Notes: generated from the letters alone by a model not told the origin. A stretch of DNA of 64,000 bases from the human T2T-CHM13v2.0 reference genome, Homo sapiens (GCF_009914755.1 NC_060935.1); one strand, 5' to 3'. Positions 17,271 to 41,150 are shown, counted from the first letter of the stretch. Program-made: numbers and translations.

Positions 17271-20200
17271 CCGGGCACGGTGGAAGGATACGAAAAGAAG
17301 GCCGCGGCCTCGACGGCGGAGGGACACCGTGCGGCGCAGCTGCCACAGTGTGCGCGCGCCTCCCGCCAGGCCCAGCCGCCGCGGCGCTTCCACGGGGCTC
17401 TGTGCGGGACGCGGGCACGCGCGGGGAGCGAGTTCTGTGCCGGGCGCTCCCGACGGCGGAGGGACAAAGGGCGATTCAGAGCGAGCCGTCGCCTCCCCTC
17501 GTGGCGGAGGGATTCGCGGCCGGCCGGTAGGCGGCTGGGATCCCTCCGCCCTCGCTGCCCTTTAAATCGCGGCTGAGGCGGCGTCGCCCGCGCCCCGCGG
17601 GCGCCACGTTAGGGTCCCCTGCGGCCCTTACGCGACCGCATTCCGGTCCCGGTCCCCGCGGGACCGCGGCAGCTGTCCCGGGCCCTGGGTCTTTGCACAC
17701 CTGCCCCTACCAGGGACGGCTCTAGAGCCAGCCTCTCGGACTGCAGCCCTCGGGAAGGGGACCCCCCCCCCCTCCCGCCGCGCGTCCCAGTTGCTCCGAG
17801 GGAGGTGGCCCCGGGCAGACGAGCGTTTTTGTTGTGGGAATGGGGGTCACTGGCAGCAGAGGCACCCTAAGACCGTGTGGGCAGGCTGAGCGTTCCTGCG
17901 CGGAGCATGCGAGGGAGGAGGAGAGCGGGCGCGCCTTGGCCTGGCCCCCCGCGGGCCCCGCCGCCCCCAGCACCCACTATGTGCCCCGCGCCGTGCTCCG
18001 CTCCACTCCGGGTGTGCCCTGCGCGCTGGCCGTGCGATCCCTCCTCGGGGATCCCGGGCTGGCGGGGAGATCCTGAGGGACCGGGCCGCCTGCGAGCCGG
18101 GGAGCTGCGAAGCTTGCCTGGGCATCGATCTTGTAGTCCAGACAACAGAACGATGAGCGCGCTCCCGGCCCCTGCGGGGCTGCCCAGGGTCTCCGCGCAT
18201 CCTCCCTCTCACGCGTCAGGACGACCCCCGGAGGTGGGGGCCATGTGGGTGCCACTTTACACCTAGGGAAACTGAGGCACAGGGAGTTCCGTGACCTCTA
18301 TGACAACTAGTCAGGGCTTGAGCCAGAGCCCTCATTCAGCATTCGGGTGAAAAATGCAGAATAAATCAGGAAGCGGGTGCGGAGGACCTCCAAGAAGTTG
18401 AGGTTGGCATAGGCGTGCACATGCCTGGAACTTGGTGCCGGCAGGTGCCCAAGGAAGCGCAGACCTGGAGTGTGAATTGGAGCGTGTTGGGGAAAGGGGG
18501 TGCCTAGGATATGGGCGGGTAGTGGGACCAGCCAGTGTCAAAGCCCTGGGAGGGGAGAGAGGCTGCCCTTGCCACAGAGAGGAGGCGGGCAGGGCAGGCA
18601 GCTCAGTCAGATGCCAGGAAGAGCCGCAGCCTGCCTTAGTTTTCCCCTGCGGCTCCAGGGCCATCATCCTCCACAAAGGATGATGAATCGAGGCTGTGGA
18701 CGACCACCCAACACAAGAACTGGACTAAGTCCAAGTAACACTGACGCACAGCGCCTCCCTCGTTTGCCCTCATTCTCGACCTTGACTTTGGCTGGTAGAC
18801 ATGATGCTCATTACCGCCTTCCACAGAGGGAAACTGAGGCACGGTGACTCGCTGAGGGCACATGGCTGACGGAGGCAGAAGCGGGTCTCATCTTCAAAAC
18901 AGAGCTCCTCCCACTGCCTTCACCTGCCCTATCAGCAGCTTCCTCCTTTTGGAGGCCGATTCGGGTGTGGGCGGTGGGCACAGCCCAAGCACTTCTCCTG
19001 TCTGCCCTTTCACTAAAAGCAGCGTCATCTGTGGCAGCAGAATCCACTCTGCCACGTTCGTCTTTGCAGACGCAACTAACAAATGATTGCTTTGGTGTTC
19101 TTGGTTTCTGGTTTATCAGAAACTTTCCAAGATTTTCGTAGTGCCTGGCTCCAAATACTCAACTTGCACCCCAGAAACACTGAGCCTGCCTTTGCCACCC
19201 ACCACCACCGAATGCCTATGGGAGGCGAGCTCACTAGGGGAATACCATCTGCCTCTAAGTCGACCTTGGTCTCAGGTCCCAAGTCCAGCTATGCCTGAGC
19301 AGCCCTCCAGAGCCCCCAAAGCCGATGTCCTGCCCACTCCCAGCTTTCCAGAGCCCACCCCAGCATAGAGGTGCTCTCCATGTGCCCTTCAGGGTGAACG
19401 CCAAATCCTGAGTCCTGTGAAGCCCCCGTACTTCCAAGATGCAGACACTTCCATGTGTTCACTGCCTGATGCCAAGTCAAGTGTTCTGGACATTTCCTTG
19501 CAAGGCTGGGCCCACAGCCTGGCAGGGATACAGATGAGCAAACCCAAGCCCAGCCTGCTCCCAGGCCCCCAGTTCTGTGTGCATTCCTCCCTCAATCCCC
19601 CTACGTTGCCAGCTGCTCTTCCAGCCTCAGCTGAGAGGCCCAGGGTGGGCCAGGGCTCCTGGCAGAGCTGAATTGGGGTTCAGGACCTTGGTGGAGCCAT
19701 GCAGGGGGCTTGAGGCCTTTGGGGGTCCCCACTCAGGGAAGCCAGGGCTAGGCTGGGCTGAGAGCACAGCCCAGGAGAGCCCTTCCTAGGGAGACTCCCA
19801 CAGGAGAGGCCAGTTGGAGGCTCCTCCTGCCAGCTGGCAGGGGAGGGAGAGCAGGAAGTAGGCAGCCAGGCACCTGCCCAGTCCTGTGTGTCAGGAGCCT
19901 TTGGCATTTACACTGGGAGAGCTCTAGGCACCCCAAAGTGGAAGAGCTGAGCCACAGAGGCTGGGGGGCCTCCCCAGCCTGGCCGGACCAAAAGGGATTA
20001 ACAGCTCTAAAGAAAGACCGAGTCAGCGGAAGGGGCCCGGCTGGCCCCGGAAGCACCGTGAGGCTGGCCAGGAGTGCCAGCCTAGCCCGGAGCTGGCCTA
20101 GGAGTGGCACGCTTGCCAGGGCACTGACTGAGGCCATGGAGTCTATTTTGGTCTCTCTAGCAGGTCTGGCTCTGGTGTGTCCAGGGGCACTCCAGCCTAG

Positions 20201-20553
20201 TGCCACCCACCCTGCTATGCTCTCTCGCTCCCTTTCCTCGAGTGCCAGGTTCACTCAGTGACAGGATGGCAGGGATTCACTTGCTTTGATCCTGTGCTTA
20301 CTGGGATGGCCCACAGGTCACGTTGACCCCAGAATTCCAGGCTGGAGGCAGGTTGCTTTTCATTGTAAAGCGATATGTTGGCTTTCGTGCTCCGCACATG
20401 CGTCTGCCCCAGTCCCCACCCCGCCCGGAAGCTAGGACTCCTCTGATGGGAGCAGGTGTCTGAAACCGGAGGGAGAGTGGGGCGTACCCGGCTTTCCCAG
20501 TGGCCCCTCTGGGCGGCTGGCGGGTTTCCTGGTCACATTCCTGAGCACCACTA

Positions 20554-20970
<417 letters not shown>

Positions 20971-20999
20971 TCAACAGCAGCAAGACTGTACAGCAGCTG

Positions 21000-21125
21000 C
21001 CAACAGAGGTTGGCACGAGTCTGACCTGGGTTTGAATCCTAGCTCTGCAGTTTACCAGCCATGGGATTTGGGACAAATGATGTAGCCTGTCAGCCCACCA
21101 TTCCTTTACCTGTGAAAATGTCCAT
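21000..21125 (+). mobile_element. MIR
   Basis: GACCTGGGTTTGAATCCTAGCTCTGC...ACCTGTGAAAATG. Confidence 0.7.
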
Positions 21126-21373
21126 TCCTTGGACCTGTCTTAGTAAGTTCCTCTATAGCTTTACAATTGTTTATGTGCTTCAGATGCTCAAATTCTCTCT
21201 CCAGCCTGGACTTCTCTGAACTTCAGACAACACTACTTCGATGCTTAATAGGCATTTCAAATATAACACGGCTAACCTGGGGGACACACGAAAGCAAAAC
21301 CCTCTCCTCACACACCCTTCCACCTCTTCAAACAGGTACCGTTCCACCACTCAGGTCCAGGTCCAGGACATAG

Positions 21374-21693
<320 letters not shown>

Positions 21694-22343
21694 CAAGACC
21701 TAGTTTTCATTCTTCCTTTGTGGCTTCAGGGTTCTTTCTCCTTAGCACATACGACAGCTCTAGCATTCTGTATCTTTCAGTATTCATCCTAGGGCTGACT
21801 CTCCTTTTAGACTATCAGCTTCTCAAGGGCAGGGAGCTTTGTCTGTCTCATTCATTGCTGTGTCTTCAGCATCTGGAACCACCCCTGGGGACAGAGTGTT
21901 GAGGCTTCTATGCTTTTGCTGAAGGGAGGGAGGGAGGAAGAGGGAAAGATAATACTAACTTTCCAGGGTTGCTACAAGGATAAAGGGAGGTGCAAGGGGC
22001 TCTGTAATCACTCCCCAAATTCTGGGGGCTCAATCTTGCTTTGTTGACAAGGCTTCTCCACCACCCACCCCACAAGATGTGTAGCGTTCCAGCTCACGGG
22101 TGCCCTGGGGGTTGTGTGCTCAGCACCCACCTGGGGCAGTGGGACAGGCACCAAGAAAATTTCCCTGTCACTGAGGATGTTGTTCCTTTGGGATCCCATC
22201 ACACACCTTTTCATCTCCCCTCCCCCAAATAAAACTCAGCCCTAACCAGCCCTCTCTAGAAGCAAACACAGAGAGGACTGACAGCAGCTGGCAAAGGTTT
22301 CCTCATGGGCACGGGGAGCTTTGTTTTTTTATTATTACTATTA

Positions 22344-22680
<337 letters not shown>

Positions 22681-22861
22681 TTACAACTGAAGCAGTTTTG
22701 ATTTAACCCATTATGGGTGATGTCCACTTGGGTTACCCGTCATGTGGTTTAGGGGTGTCCAGGCTTCCCCATCGTCAGGTCACTTGCTTGCCCATTGTCA
22801 TAAATAAGTTTGCTGTGGAGAGGTTCACTGAGGGGATGTGAACATCATTCCTCACCACATT

Positions 22862-22921
<60 letters not shown>

Positions 22922-23160
22922 TCTGGTATATATATATATATTCTGGTTTATATATATATATTCTGGTATATATATATATTCTGGTATATATATATTCTGG
23001 TATATATATATGTGTATATATATGTATATATATGTATATATATATGTGTATATATGTATATATATATGTGTGTGTATATATGTATATATATGTGTATATG
23101 TGTATATATATGTGTATATATATGTATATATGTATATATATATGTGTATATATATATATC
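22862..23160. repeat. Compound (TA)n/(CA)n/(TATG)n microsatellite containing five TTCTGG(TA)n units
   Basis: Directly visible. Confidence 0.97.
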
Positions 23161-23309
23161 AGAATGGATTTTTGGGTTCCTAGTTTTGTTCATTTGGTGT
23201 CTGTTCCTTCCTCTCTCCTCTTCTTCTTCCACCCTTTCTTTCTTCCTCTTCTCTTTCTCTATTTATTTCTCTCTTTCCCTCCCACTCTCTTTATTTCCTC
23301 CTTTACAGT

Positions 23310-23719
23310 TATTTGTGGTAGCTTTATTTATAGTAGCTGTAAACTGGAAACAACCCAAATGCCAACCACCAAAAGAATGGGTAGACAAATTGTGGTCTCT
23401 CCATGTGATAGAATCCTGTTCAGAAATAAAAAGGAACGGACCACTGTTACAAACACCATAGATGAATTTCAGAAACATTACATTGAGACAAAGACGTCAG
23501 AAACCATAGAGTAAAAATTGCTGGGTTCCAACAATGAGGTCGTGGAAGAGAAAAATCCCCTAATCTATGGTGATAGAAGTCCAAGGGGTCATTAGCTTCT
23601 GGCAGCTGGGATTGCCCATGAGGGGACATGAGAAACTGTGGTGAGATGGAAATCTCTGTTTCTGAGGGCTGATTGCCAGGGTGTGTATGTTGTGAAAATT
23701 CTCAAACTGTAAATCTAAG

Positions 23720-23720
<1 letters not shown>
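23310..23720 (+). mobile_element. Ancient L1M 3' end
   Basis: GCTTTATTTATAGTAGCTGTAAACTGGAAACAACCCAAATGCC. Confidence 0.75.
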
Positions 23721-24322
<602 letters not shown>

Positions 24323-24619
24323 AAATCTAAAATCTGTGCAAATCACTGCTGCAAATTATGCACTCAAAAAAGAGGGAAATAATCTGGAGAAATGCTACTG
24401 CTCAATGAAAACTTCAGTTTTTCTATGACTTATCTTGACAAGCAAATTCTATAAAATAGTTTTTTCTCGGGTGTTTCCCAGACATTGCTTCTGAGAAGAC
24501 CCAGGTTCATGGTACAGGTTCCAGGTTTAAGGTGCAGATGAGGAACCTGAAGAATCTTGTTCCTTCAGCCGAAGCACTGTTGGTGCCAATTATTGCTGCA
24601 GATATTTAAAGGGAGGAGG

Positions 24620-24995
<376 letters not shown>

Positions 24996-25440
24996 CTAAT
25001 AGACGTGCTGGAACCTTCTACCAGCATGCGAGCCTCCCTGCTGCAGGCCCCTCCAGTCACCTCCCAGCTGCTGCCTGGTCTGTGCTGATCTGGAAGCCTC
25101 CAGCCAATGCTGAGTTGACCTGGGTCTTCTCTGGCCGGGGTATGTGTGGTTTATGTGGAATCAGCCAATTTTGCTCTGTCTCATAATCATTCCCTTACAT
25201 TACGCCTCATAGACACACTTTGGGGTATTGGCTTGTCCCTTGATAAATTCCAAGGGGTGGCATTTCCTGAGCCAAAAGTCCAGATGGTTTTCCTCTAGGG
25301 CATTCTGGGTGGCCATGCAGAGAGGGTGACTGGGGGCCTCAGCCCTGCATGCTCAGTGCACAGGGCTTCCCAGGCGGGGGCCATTAGAGACCTAGAAGCT
25401 CCCTCACCATGGGGACTGAGGGACTTAGGCTGTCTCTCCA

Positions 25441-25640
25441 TATGGTGGTCAATGGGTGTCAACTTGACTGGGCCATGGGACACCCAGATAGCTGCGTAAA
25501 CAAGATTTCTGGGCATGTCTGTGAGGGTGTCTCCGGAAGAGATTAGCCTTTGAATCGGGTGGACTGAGTCAAGCAGATGCCCGTCCCCCCCAGTGTGGGG
25601 GGCCTCATCCAACCCACTGGGGGCTCAAATAGAACACTAG
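25441..25640. mobile_element. MLT2-family LTR fragment
   Basis: TGTCAACTTGACTGGGCCATGGGACACCCAGATAGCTG...GAAGAGATTAGC. Confidence 0.75.
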
Positions 25641-25875
25641 GACTTCAACATATGAATTTGGGGAGGGGAGGGCACAAACATTCAGTCTATAGCAGAAAGG
25701 GAAAGGGGAGAGAAAGAGTAGAGTTTAATTTTTAAACCCTCCCTGGAAGTGAGAAAAATTAATTACAGCAAAGAAGAGAAAGCCAAGAGTTAAAATTCCA
25801 AATCTAAACAGGCTGCCAGGGGTTAGGCAGGGGAAGTGCTGGACACAGGGCCCGTGCTAGAAAAGCACAGTTATT

Positions 25876-26775
<900 letters not shown>

Positions 26776-26789
26776 AATAATGCCACACA

Positions 26790-27575
26790 CACACATGTTC
26801 GTATTGTTTTTCACAACAGCCAAAAGGTGTACACAACCCAAGTGCCCATCAGTGGATGAGGCGTAAACAAAATACAATACACCCAAAGCATGGAAGAGTA
26901 TTCAGCCTTAAAAAGGAAGGGAATTCCAACATGTGCTACAACGTGGAAGCATCTTGAGGACATTAGGCTGAGTGAAATGAGCCAGACATAGAGCACGAAA
27001 CCGTGTGATTGCTCTTATGTGAGGTATGTAGGGTAGTCGTATTCACAGAAACAGAAAGTAGAATGGTGGGTGCCAGGGGCTGGGGAGGAGGAAATGGAGA
27101 GTTGTTTAATGGGGACAGTTTCAATTTTGTAAGATGAAAAGAGTTGTGTGGATAAAGTAATGATGACTGTAGCTCAACTATGTGAATGTGCTTAATACCA
27201 CTGAACTATACACTTAAAAATGATTGAGGCCAGGCACGGTGGCTCATGCCTGTAATGCCAGCACTTTGGGAGGCAGAGACAGGCAGATCACTTGAGGTTA
27301 GGAGTTCCAGACCAGCCTGGCCAACATGATGAAACCCCATCTCTACTAAAAATACAAAAATTAGCTGGGCGTGGTGGCGGGCACCTGTAGTCTCAGCTAC
27401 TCGAGAGACTGAAGTGGGAGAATCACTTGAACCTGGGGCGGGTGGAGGTTGCAGTGAGCCGAGATCACACCACTGCATGCCAGCCTGGGTGATAAAGTGA
27501 GACTCCATCTCAAAAAAAAAAAAAAAAAAAGACTGAGATGACAAATTTTACATTATGTGCATTTTCGCATAGTTT
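26790..27575 (+). mobile_element. L1MB-like 3' end with an Alu insert (27228-27530)
   Basis: CAACCCAAGTGCCCATCAGTGGATGA...ACTGAACTATACACTTAAAAATG. Confidence 0.85.
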
Positions 27576-27907
27576 TTTTTTTTTTAAAAAACAAAACAGC
27601 AGCCAGTTCACTGAATTTCCACCATGTGCCATGACTGGGTAAGGCTCTGATAGAGAACATTGTGATCTGCATTTATAGATGGGGAAACTGAGGCTCGGAG
27701 TGGCTTACCCAGGGCCACACAGCCTTAGTGGCAGAGCTAGTGCGCTGACCCCTCTGTTGTGCGGCTGAGGTGTGAGAGTGCCCCCCGGCGCTGCATGAGC
27801 CGCCAGGGCTATGACTCCAACCTCCTTTGAAGGAGGACACTCTTAGAATCTCATCTGGGACCTCAATTTTTAGCATATTCTGTCCTCTTGTTGCAGAAGA
27901 TGGGGTC

Positions 27908-28152
27908 CTTTTATTTTATTTTACTTTTTTGAGGGACGGAGTCTCACTCTGTTGGCCAGGCTGGAGTGCAGTGGTACCACCTCAGCTCACTGCAACCTCC
28001 ACCCCCGCAGATTCAAGCAATTTTTGTATTTTTAGTGGAGATGGGGTTCCGCCACGTTGGCCAGGCTGGTCTCGAACTCCTAACCTCAGGCAATCCGCCC
28101 ATCTCGGCCTCCCAAAGTGCTGAGATTATAGGCGTGAGCCGCCGAGCCCTGC
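27908..28152 (-). mobile_element. Alu with an internal deletion
   Basis: TSD AGATGGGGTCCTTTTA. Confidence 0.9.
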
Positions 28153-28513
28153 CAGATGGGGTCCTTTTAAATGCTGTCCTGGGGGCTTTCTGGCCATTGC
28201 ATTCTTTTGTGAGTTAAGAGTCGGCTGCTGAGTCTGCCGTCCAGTCTTTGGCGTCAGCTCACTACTGCCATGCTCTCCACCATCCTGGTGGCTACTGTTG
28301 CCTCCATGCCACTCAGGTGCAGGAGCAGCTCAGGCCCGTGCACCTTTCCCACCTATGTGCCACCTCAACACGTGAGCATCTTAGCATTGTGACGCTACAG
28401 CGGGCTGCAGCGATCGCCACTTTGCTCCTCAGCAGCAGGCACCCGGTGACCCTCTGGCTGGCAAATGAGCCCTTCTTAAGGGACTGCTTCCTAGGCCCAC
28501 CTCTGATACCAGC

Positions 28514-29500
28514 TGTCTCAGGCTGGGTCCTCTAGAAGCAGACCCCGAGAATATGATTTGACAATGAGTCCTTTATTTGAGAAGTGATCCCAGGAAGCAC
28601 CAGTTGGGGAGCAGGTGAGACGGGGATGGGGAAGAAGCCAGAAGAGATGGTGCATTCATAATCCGGTTACTGCTGCAGGCTCAATTCTGCTGGGATCCTC
28701 CAGGCAACTGTGAGGATGTGCTTCAGTGTTCTCCAACTGAGGCAAGAGAGCTGGGGTATTGATCCACCACTTCTGCCAGTCATGGGATTAGGGAAGCTCC
28801 CTGGGATTGCAGGCTTGTGCAGCCAGGGAGTGCCCTCGAGTTAAGGCACAGATGCTTACAGCTGGAAGGGTTGGGGGCATGGAATAGTGGGGGCTGAAGG
28901 GAAGTGGATGGGCATTGTCAATGTCTGCAATAAAGCAGAAAAACTACTGTTAAACTTCTTTACATTTAGAGCCCTACTCTTCTGAACCCTTCTCAACTCA
29001 GTCATCGACATCCATAATTTTTCAATCCACACTCTTTCTGCCATCATGAATGTTGATGGTACAGCATTTCTCAAGAGTGATTGTTCCAGGCTGGGTTCCC
29101 AGGAGGCTGACTCTGAGGCAGAGGACATGCAGGAAGTTGGTTAGAGGCTGCTCTTGGGATCAACGCCTTTGGAAGAGAATGGAATGGAGGCAAGCAGGAC
29201 TGGGCTGAGGGAGAAGCTGGCCTGGGATGCCAGCCCCCGTGGGGAGCTCTGAAGATGAGGTAGCCCTTGCACTTCCATGCCAGGCTGTCCTGGGAAGGGA
29301 GCATGTCATGGGGTGGGCAGCCTGCATCAGCTGAGGCCGTCCCTGAAGGGGGCCACCTGCCAAAAGCATTGCAGCAGCTGGCCAATGGGCCTCCCACTCC
29401 TAAGGGTGAATGTGAGCAGTGCAGGAGAGCATCCGCCACAGTCCTCCCCTTTACTGCTTGGATCTGCTTCTCCACGTCCAGGATGGCCGCTCCCTTTTCT
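28514..29500. mobile_element. Two old MLT1-type LTR relics (about 28514-28920 and 29080-29500)
   Basis: CAGGCTGGGTCCTCTAGAAGCAGACCCCGAGA and CAGGCTGGGTTCCCAGGAGGCTGACTCTGAG termini. Confidence 0.6.
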
Positions 29501-30407
29501 GCCCGGGGACCTTCTCTGGCCACAAGGGAGCAGGCACAACCCAGCCTTGCCCAGGAGGTGATGCTGTGGGCAGCCGACAGATAACCCATCAGCTTCACCT
29601 CTGTGGGATGACTCCTGGGTGAGTTCCATGTGGTTCCTCAGGCAGTCACTGGCAGGAGAGAGCCCTACTCACCCCCAGTGGCGAGACCTACTTGTTAAAG
29701 CACTTTCTGGAACTTTCTCCTCCCCTGCCTAGTTCCTCACTTCCTGGAATACCTGCTTGCCCTCGAACCCTTGTTGCAGGGTCTGCTTTTGAGGGAACTC
29801 CAACCAAGATGGGCCCAATGCAGACGAAGAGGCTGAAAATAAAGGAGAGTGTGCAGGGAGGAGCAGGGTCCCCAGGAGGCCTAGGAGGCTGACGGCGTTG
29901 GGCGTTCAGAGGGAGAGCTGCGTTAGGCAGGAGGGGCAAGGGTGTCACTTGCGGGGTAAACATGGACACTTCTGGGGGTGGGCCGCAGGTGGATGAGGAA
30001 GTTGCTTTCTGATTGCATCTGGTTTCTCTGTGAGGAAGGAGGCGAGGTGAGAGTGAGGGTGGCTGAGGAGGAGATAAACAACTTGAGGAGAGTGGAGAAG
30101 GCCCCGACGGAGAAGGAGAGAGCAGCCTAGGAAAATGGAGACGCCCTTCCCAAAGGGTTGGGAGTCAGGGGCCTGGGGGACCGTGAGCTTCTGGAACCAG
30201 CTGCACCACCGTGAGACCGTCTCCGTCAACACTCAGCATCCCTGTGGAGGGGCTGCATGCAGAGAGGGTTGGACTAGACACCTTTCATGGGGTCTGCCCG
30301 ATTCACTACCTTTTCATCTCTACCAACCATGCCCTCAGCCTCCACAGGGGTTATTTCTGGTACAACTCTGCTCCCAAGCCCAGGGGTGGTCATTGGATCC
30401 AAGTTTA

Positions 30408-31290
<883 letters not shown>

Positions 31291-31412
31291 CCTGTTTTTG
31301 GGGTAATGTTTTATTTTTGTATAATTCCAAACTTACAGAAAAAAAGACTAGTATAAGAAACTCCCATATATACATTATTCAAATTCGCCAACTATTTACA
31401 CTCTCCCTCTTC

Positions 31413-32670
<1,258 letters not shown>

Positions 32671-33228
32671 TCGTGAGGTTATGTTAGAAACACCCCACCT
32701 CTGCACCCCTGAGTACTTCAGTGTATATTTCCAAAATGGTTGTTCTCTTACATAATCACTTTTGTAGTTGTCAGAATCTGGAAACTCACCAGCAATACAA
32801 TACTATAATTTGATACATGCTTTTCCCCCAGTCCAGCAGCCAGTCCAAGATCACAGGATGTGTTTAGTTGTCCTGTCTTTTGGTGCCTCAGTCTTGCTTT
32901 GCTTTTTGTGGTCTTGACTTGCAGAATGTCCTTCTGTGTGTGTTATCTGATGTTTCCTTGTGAGTAGATTCAAGTTGTGCGTTTGTGGCAAGAATATCCA
33001 GGGGTGATGTCTTCTCAGTGCATAAGGAGAGATGTACTGCTGTTATTTTGCTATTTGTCCTCTGTTTGCTTCCTAGCTTTTCTGGACCTCATTTCCTGCA
33101 TTACAAGCTTTTTGGTGTGTTTGGTTTTTTTTTTTAATAGAAAAATGTTTGAATTTCTTCTCATTTTCTTCTGTGTATATTCTACAGCTATTTTCTTTGT
33201 TATTACAATGGGTATTACATTTAACATC

Positions 33229-33608
33229 TGTATTAGTCCATTCTCATGCTGCTAACAAAGACATACCCGAGACTGGGTAATTTATAAAGGAAAGAGGCTT
33301 AATTGACTCACACTTCACCATGGCTGGGGAGGCCTCAGGAAACTTACAGTCATGGGTGGAAGGGGAAGCAAACATGTCCTTCTTCACATGCCAACAGTAA
33401 GGAGAAGTGCTGAGCAAAAGGGGGAAAGTCCCCTTATAAAACCATCAGATCTCATGAGAACTCACTCACTATCATGAGAACAGCAACTTTGAGGTAATGA
33501 CCCCCATGATTCAATTACTTTCCACCAGGCCCCTCCCATGACAAATGGGGATTGTAGGAACTACAATTCAAGATGATATTTGGGTGGGGACACAGCCAAA
33601 CCATATCA
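33229..33608. mobile_element. THE1-family solo LTR
   Basis: TGTATTAGTCCATTCTC...GCCAAACCATATCA with 5-bp TSD ACATC. Confidence 0.92.
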
Positions 33609-33903
33609 ACATCCTAAAGTTATAACACTCTGGTTTGAATTTATACCAGGTCAACTTCAGTATCGTATAAAAACTCTGCTCTTTTTACAGCTCCATCTCT
33701 TTTTCTTATGGTTGTTGATGTCATAAAATTATATCTTTAAACATTCTATGCCCCAAAACATAAACTGACAATGATTTTTAAAAAGTTAGTGTCTTAAATT
33801 ATACAGCAAACAAAATGTGTAGTTACAAACCAGTTACAGTAATACTAGCGTTGGATTAGTTCTTGGTTTAACTAATCAATTAATTAATTTATTATTATAC
33901 TGA

Positions 33904-35129
<1,226 letters not shown>

Positions 35130-35155
35130 TTTTATATTATTGATTCCTTTCTTTT

Positions 35156-35550
35156 ACAAACCCTTATCTTGAGGGCTGACTTTAAATAGATCACAGTGAG
35201 GGAGATACTCTGCTATGTACAAAATCCTGACCCAGAAGCAGGTTGTCTATGAATGGTTTAGTACCAGGTTCTCCGTGAATGTGCACTCCATGATGGGCCA
35301 GCGGGGACAGCCCATTTCTGGCCATACCCCATTTCACGGGTTGAGGAGTTCTCTGTACTGGACTCCGGTCCTGGCACCAGATGAGGCACTGGCAGCACGG
35401 TAAAGGACCAGCTATCTGAGGCCAACCAAGGCTCTGCAGTGCTATCATATCATTCTGCCTTCTGCCTGGGCGGAGTTTTGATTTAGAGGCATTCAGTCAT
35501 AATCTCACGGATGGAAGCTTTGCTGCATTGGCTTTTCAGCCAAGCACATA
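35156..35550 (-). pseudogene. Retroposed 3'-terminal fragment of 28S rRNA
   Basis: + strand ACAAACCCTTATCTTGAGGGCTGACTTTAAATAGATCACAGTGAGGGAG...CCCAGAAGCAGGTTGTCTATGAATGGTTTAG...TTAGAGGCATTCAGTCATAATC...CAGCCAAGCACATA is the reverse complement of the 28S 3' end with heavy CpG decay. Confidence 0.93.
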
Positions 35551-35599
35551 TTCTTCACTTTTGAAAGACAGTTTTATCCAATATAGGATTCTTGGTTGA

Positions 35600-37675
<2,076 letters not shown>

Positions 37676-38534
37676 GGATCTCTTTGAATTCATCTTACAT
37701 GAAGTTCATTAAGCTTCTTGCATGTTTCTTTTCATCTCTTTCATCAAATTTCGGATATTTATGGACATTAATTTTTCAAATATTCTCCCTGCTTCTTTCT
37801 CTTCTCTTTCTGTGACTCCCACAGTGCCTATGTTGGTCTACTTGATGGTATCCCAAGGTCCCTTAAGCTCTGTTCATTTTTCTTCAGTCTTTTTTTTTTC
37901 TTTCTTTCTGTTCTTTAGACTTGATCATTTCCATTACCCTATCTTCAAGTTCACTGATTCTTTCTTCTGCCTGCTTAAACCTGCCTTTGAATCTGCCCTC
38001 TACTTATTTTTCATTTCAGTTGTACTTTTCAGCTCTGGAAATTTTTTTGGTTTCTTTTAGATTTTATTTTTACTGATATTTCCATTTCGTTCACACATCA
38101 TTCTCTTGACTTACTCCATACCCTCCTGTAGTTTTCTGAGCATCTTTAAGACAGTTGCTTTAAAGCCTTTTTCTAGTACACCTGCCATAAGCTCTTTTTC
38201 AGGGACAGTTTCTGTTTATTTGTGGTTTTCTTTAACCTTCGAATAGGCTATATTTTTCTGTTTCTTTGTATGCCTTTTGATGTTTTGTTGAGCATTGGAC
38301 AATTGAATTTCATAATTGTAACTGGAAATCATATTCTCCCCCTTATCCAGGGTTTACTGGTTTTTGTTACTATTTTTGTTTTTTGTTTATTTGATTGATT
38401 GTTGTAGCCTATCTCTGTGTCAAGAATCAGCCTGGAATGTAAACTTAAGGTCTTCTCAGGTATTTTCTGAGCCTTGGGTACGTGTGGTCACTTACTCATT
38501 TTCCTCATATATGCAGTTTTAAAAAAATGTTCCA

Positions 38535-41130
<2,596 letters not shown>

Positions 41131-41147
41131 GAGAATTGTCATCTTAA

Positions 41148-41150
<3 letters not shown>

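Larger units (their letters stand above)
16150..18300. promoter_or_regulatory. CpG-island promoter
   Basis: Very high GC and CpG density, many GC boxes; + strand is C-rich at about 16470-17250 (G-skew on the minus strand), consistent with leftward transcription. Confidence 0.97.

Noticed and set aside
16111-18266. Long overlapping ORFs on both strands, including the 423-aa ORF at 16305-17576
   Set aside because: Pro/Arg/Ala/Gly low-complexity products are expected from stop-poor GC-rich DNA; no recognisable domain; many lack a true ATG start
22921-23010. CRISPR-like regularly spaced repeats
   Set aside because: The spacers are just (TA)n, the context is eukaryotic and there are no cas genes
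22810-23514. 234-aa and 207-aa ORFs
   Set aside because: Translations of the TA/TG microsatellite plus an L1 fragment
27775-27795. Additional CTCF-like motifs (also at about 29341, 60770 and 62040)
   Set aside because: Two or more mismatches at key core positions; expected by chance in GC-rich DNA
35156-35550. Functional rRNA gene
   Set aside because: Only about 400 bp, heavily CpG-decayed and embedded in an L1
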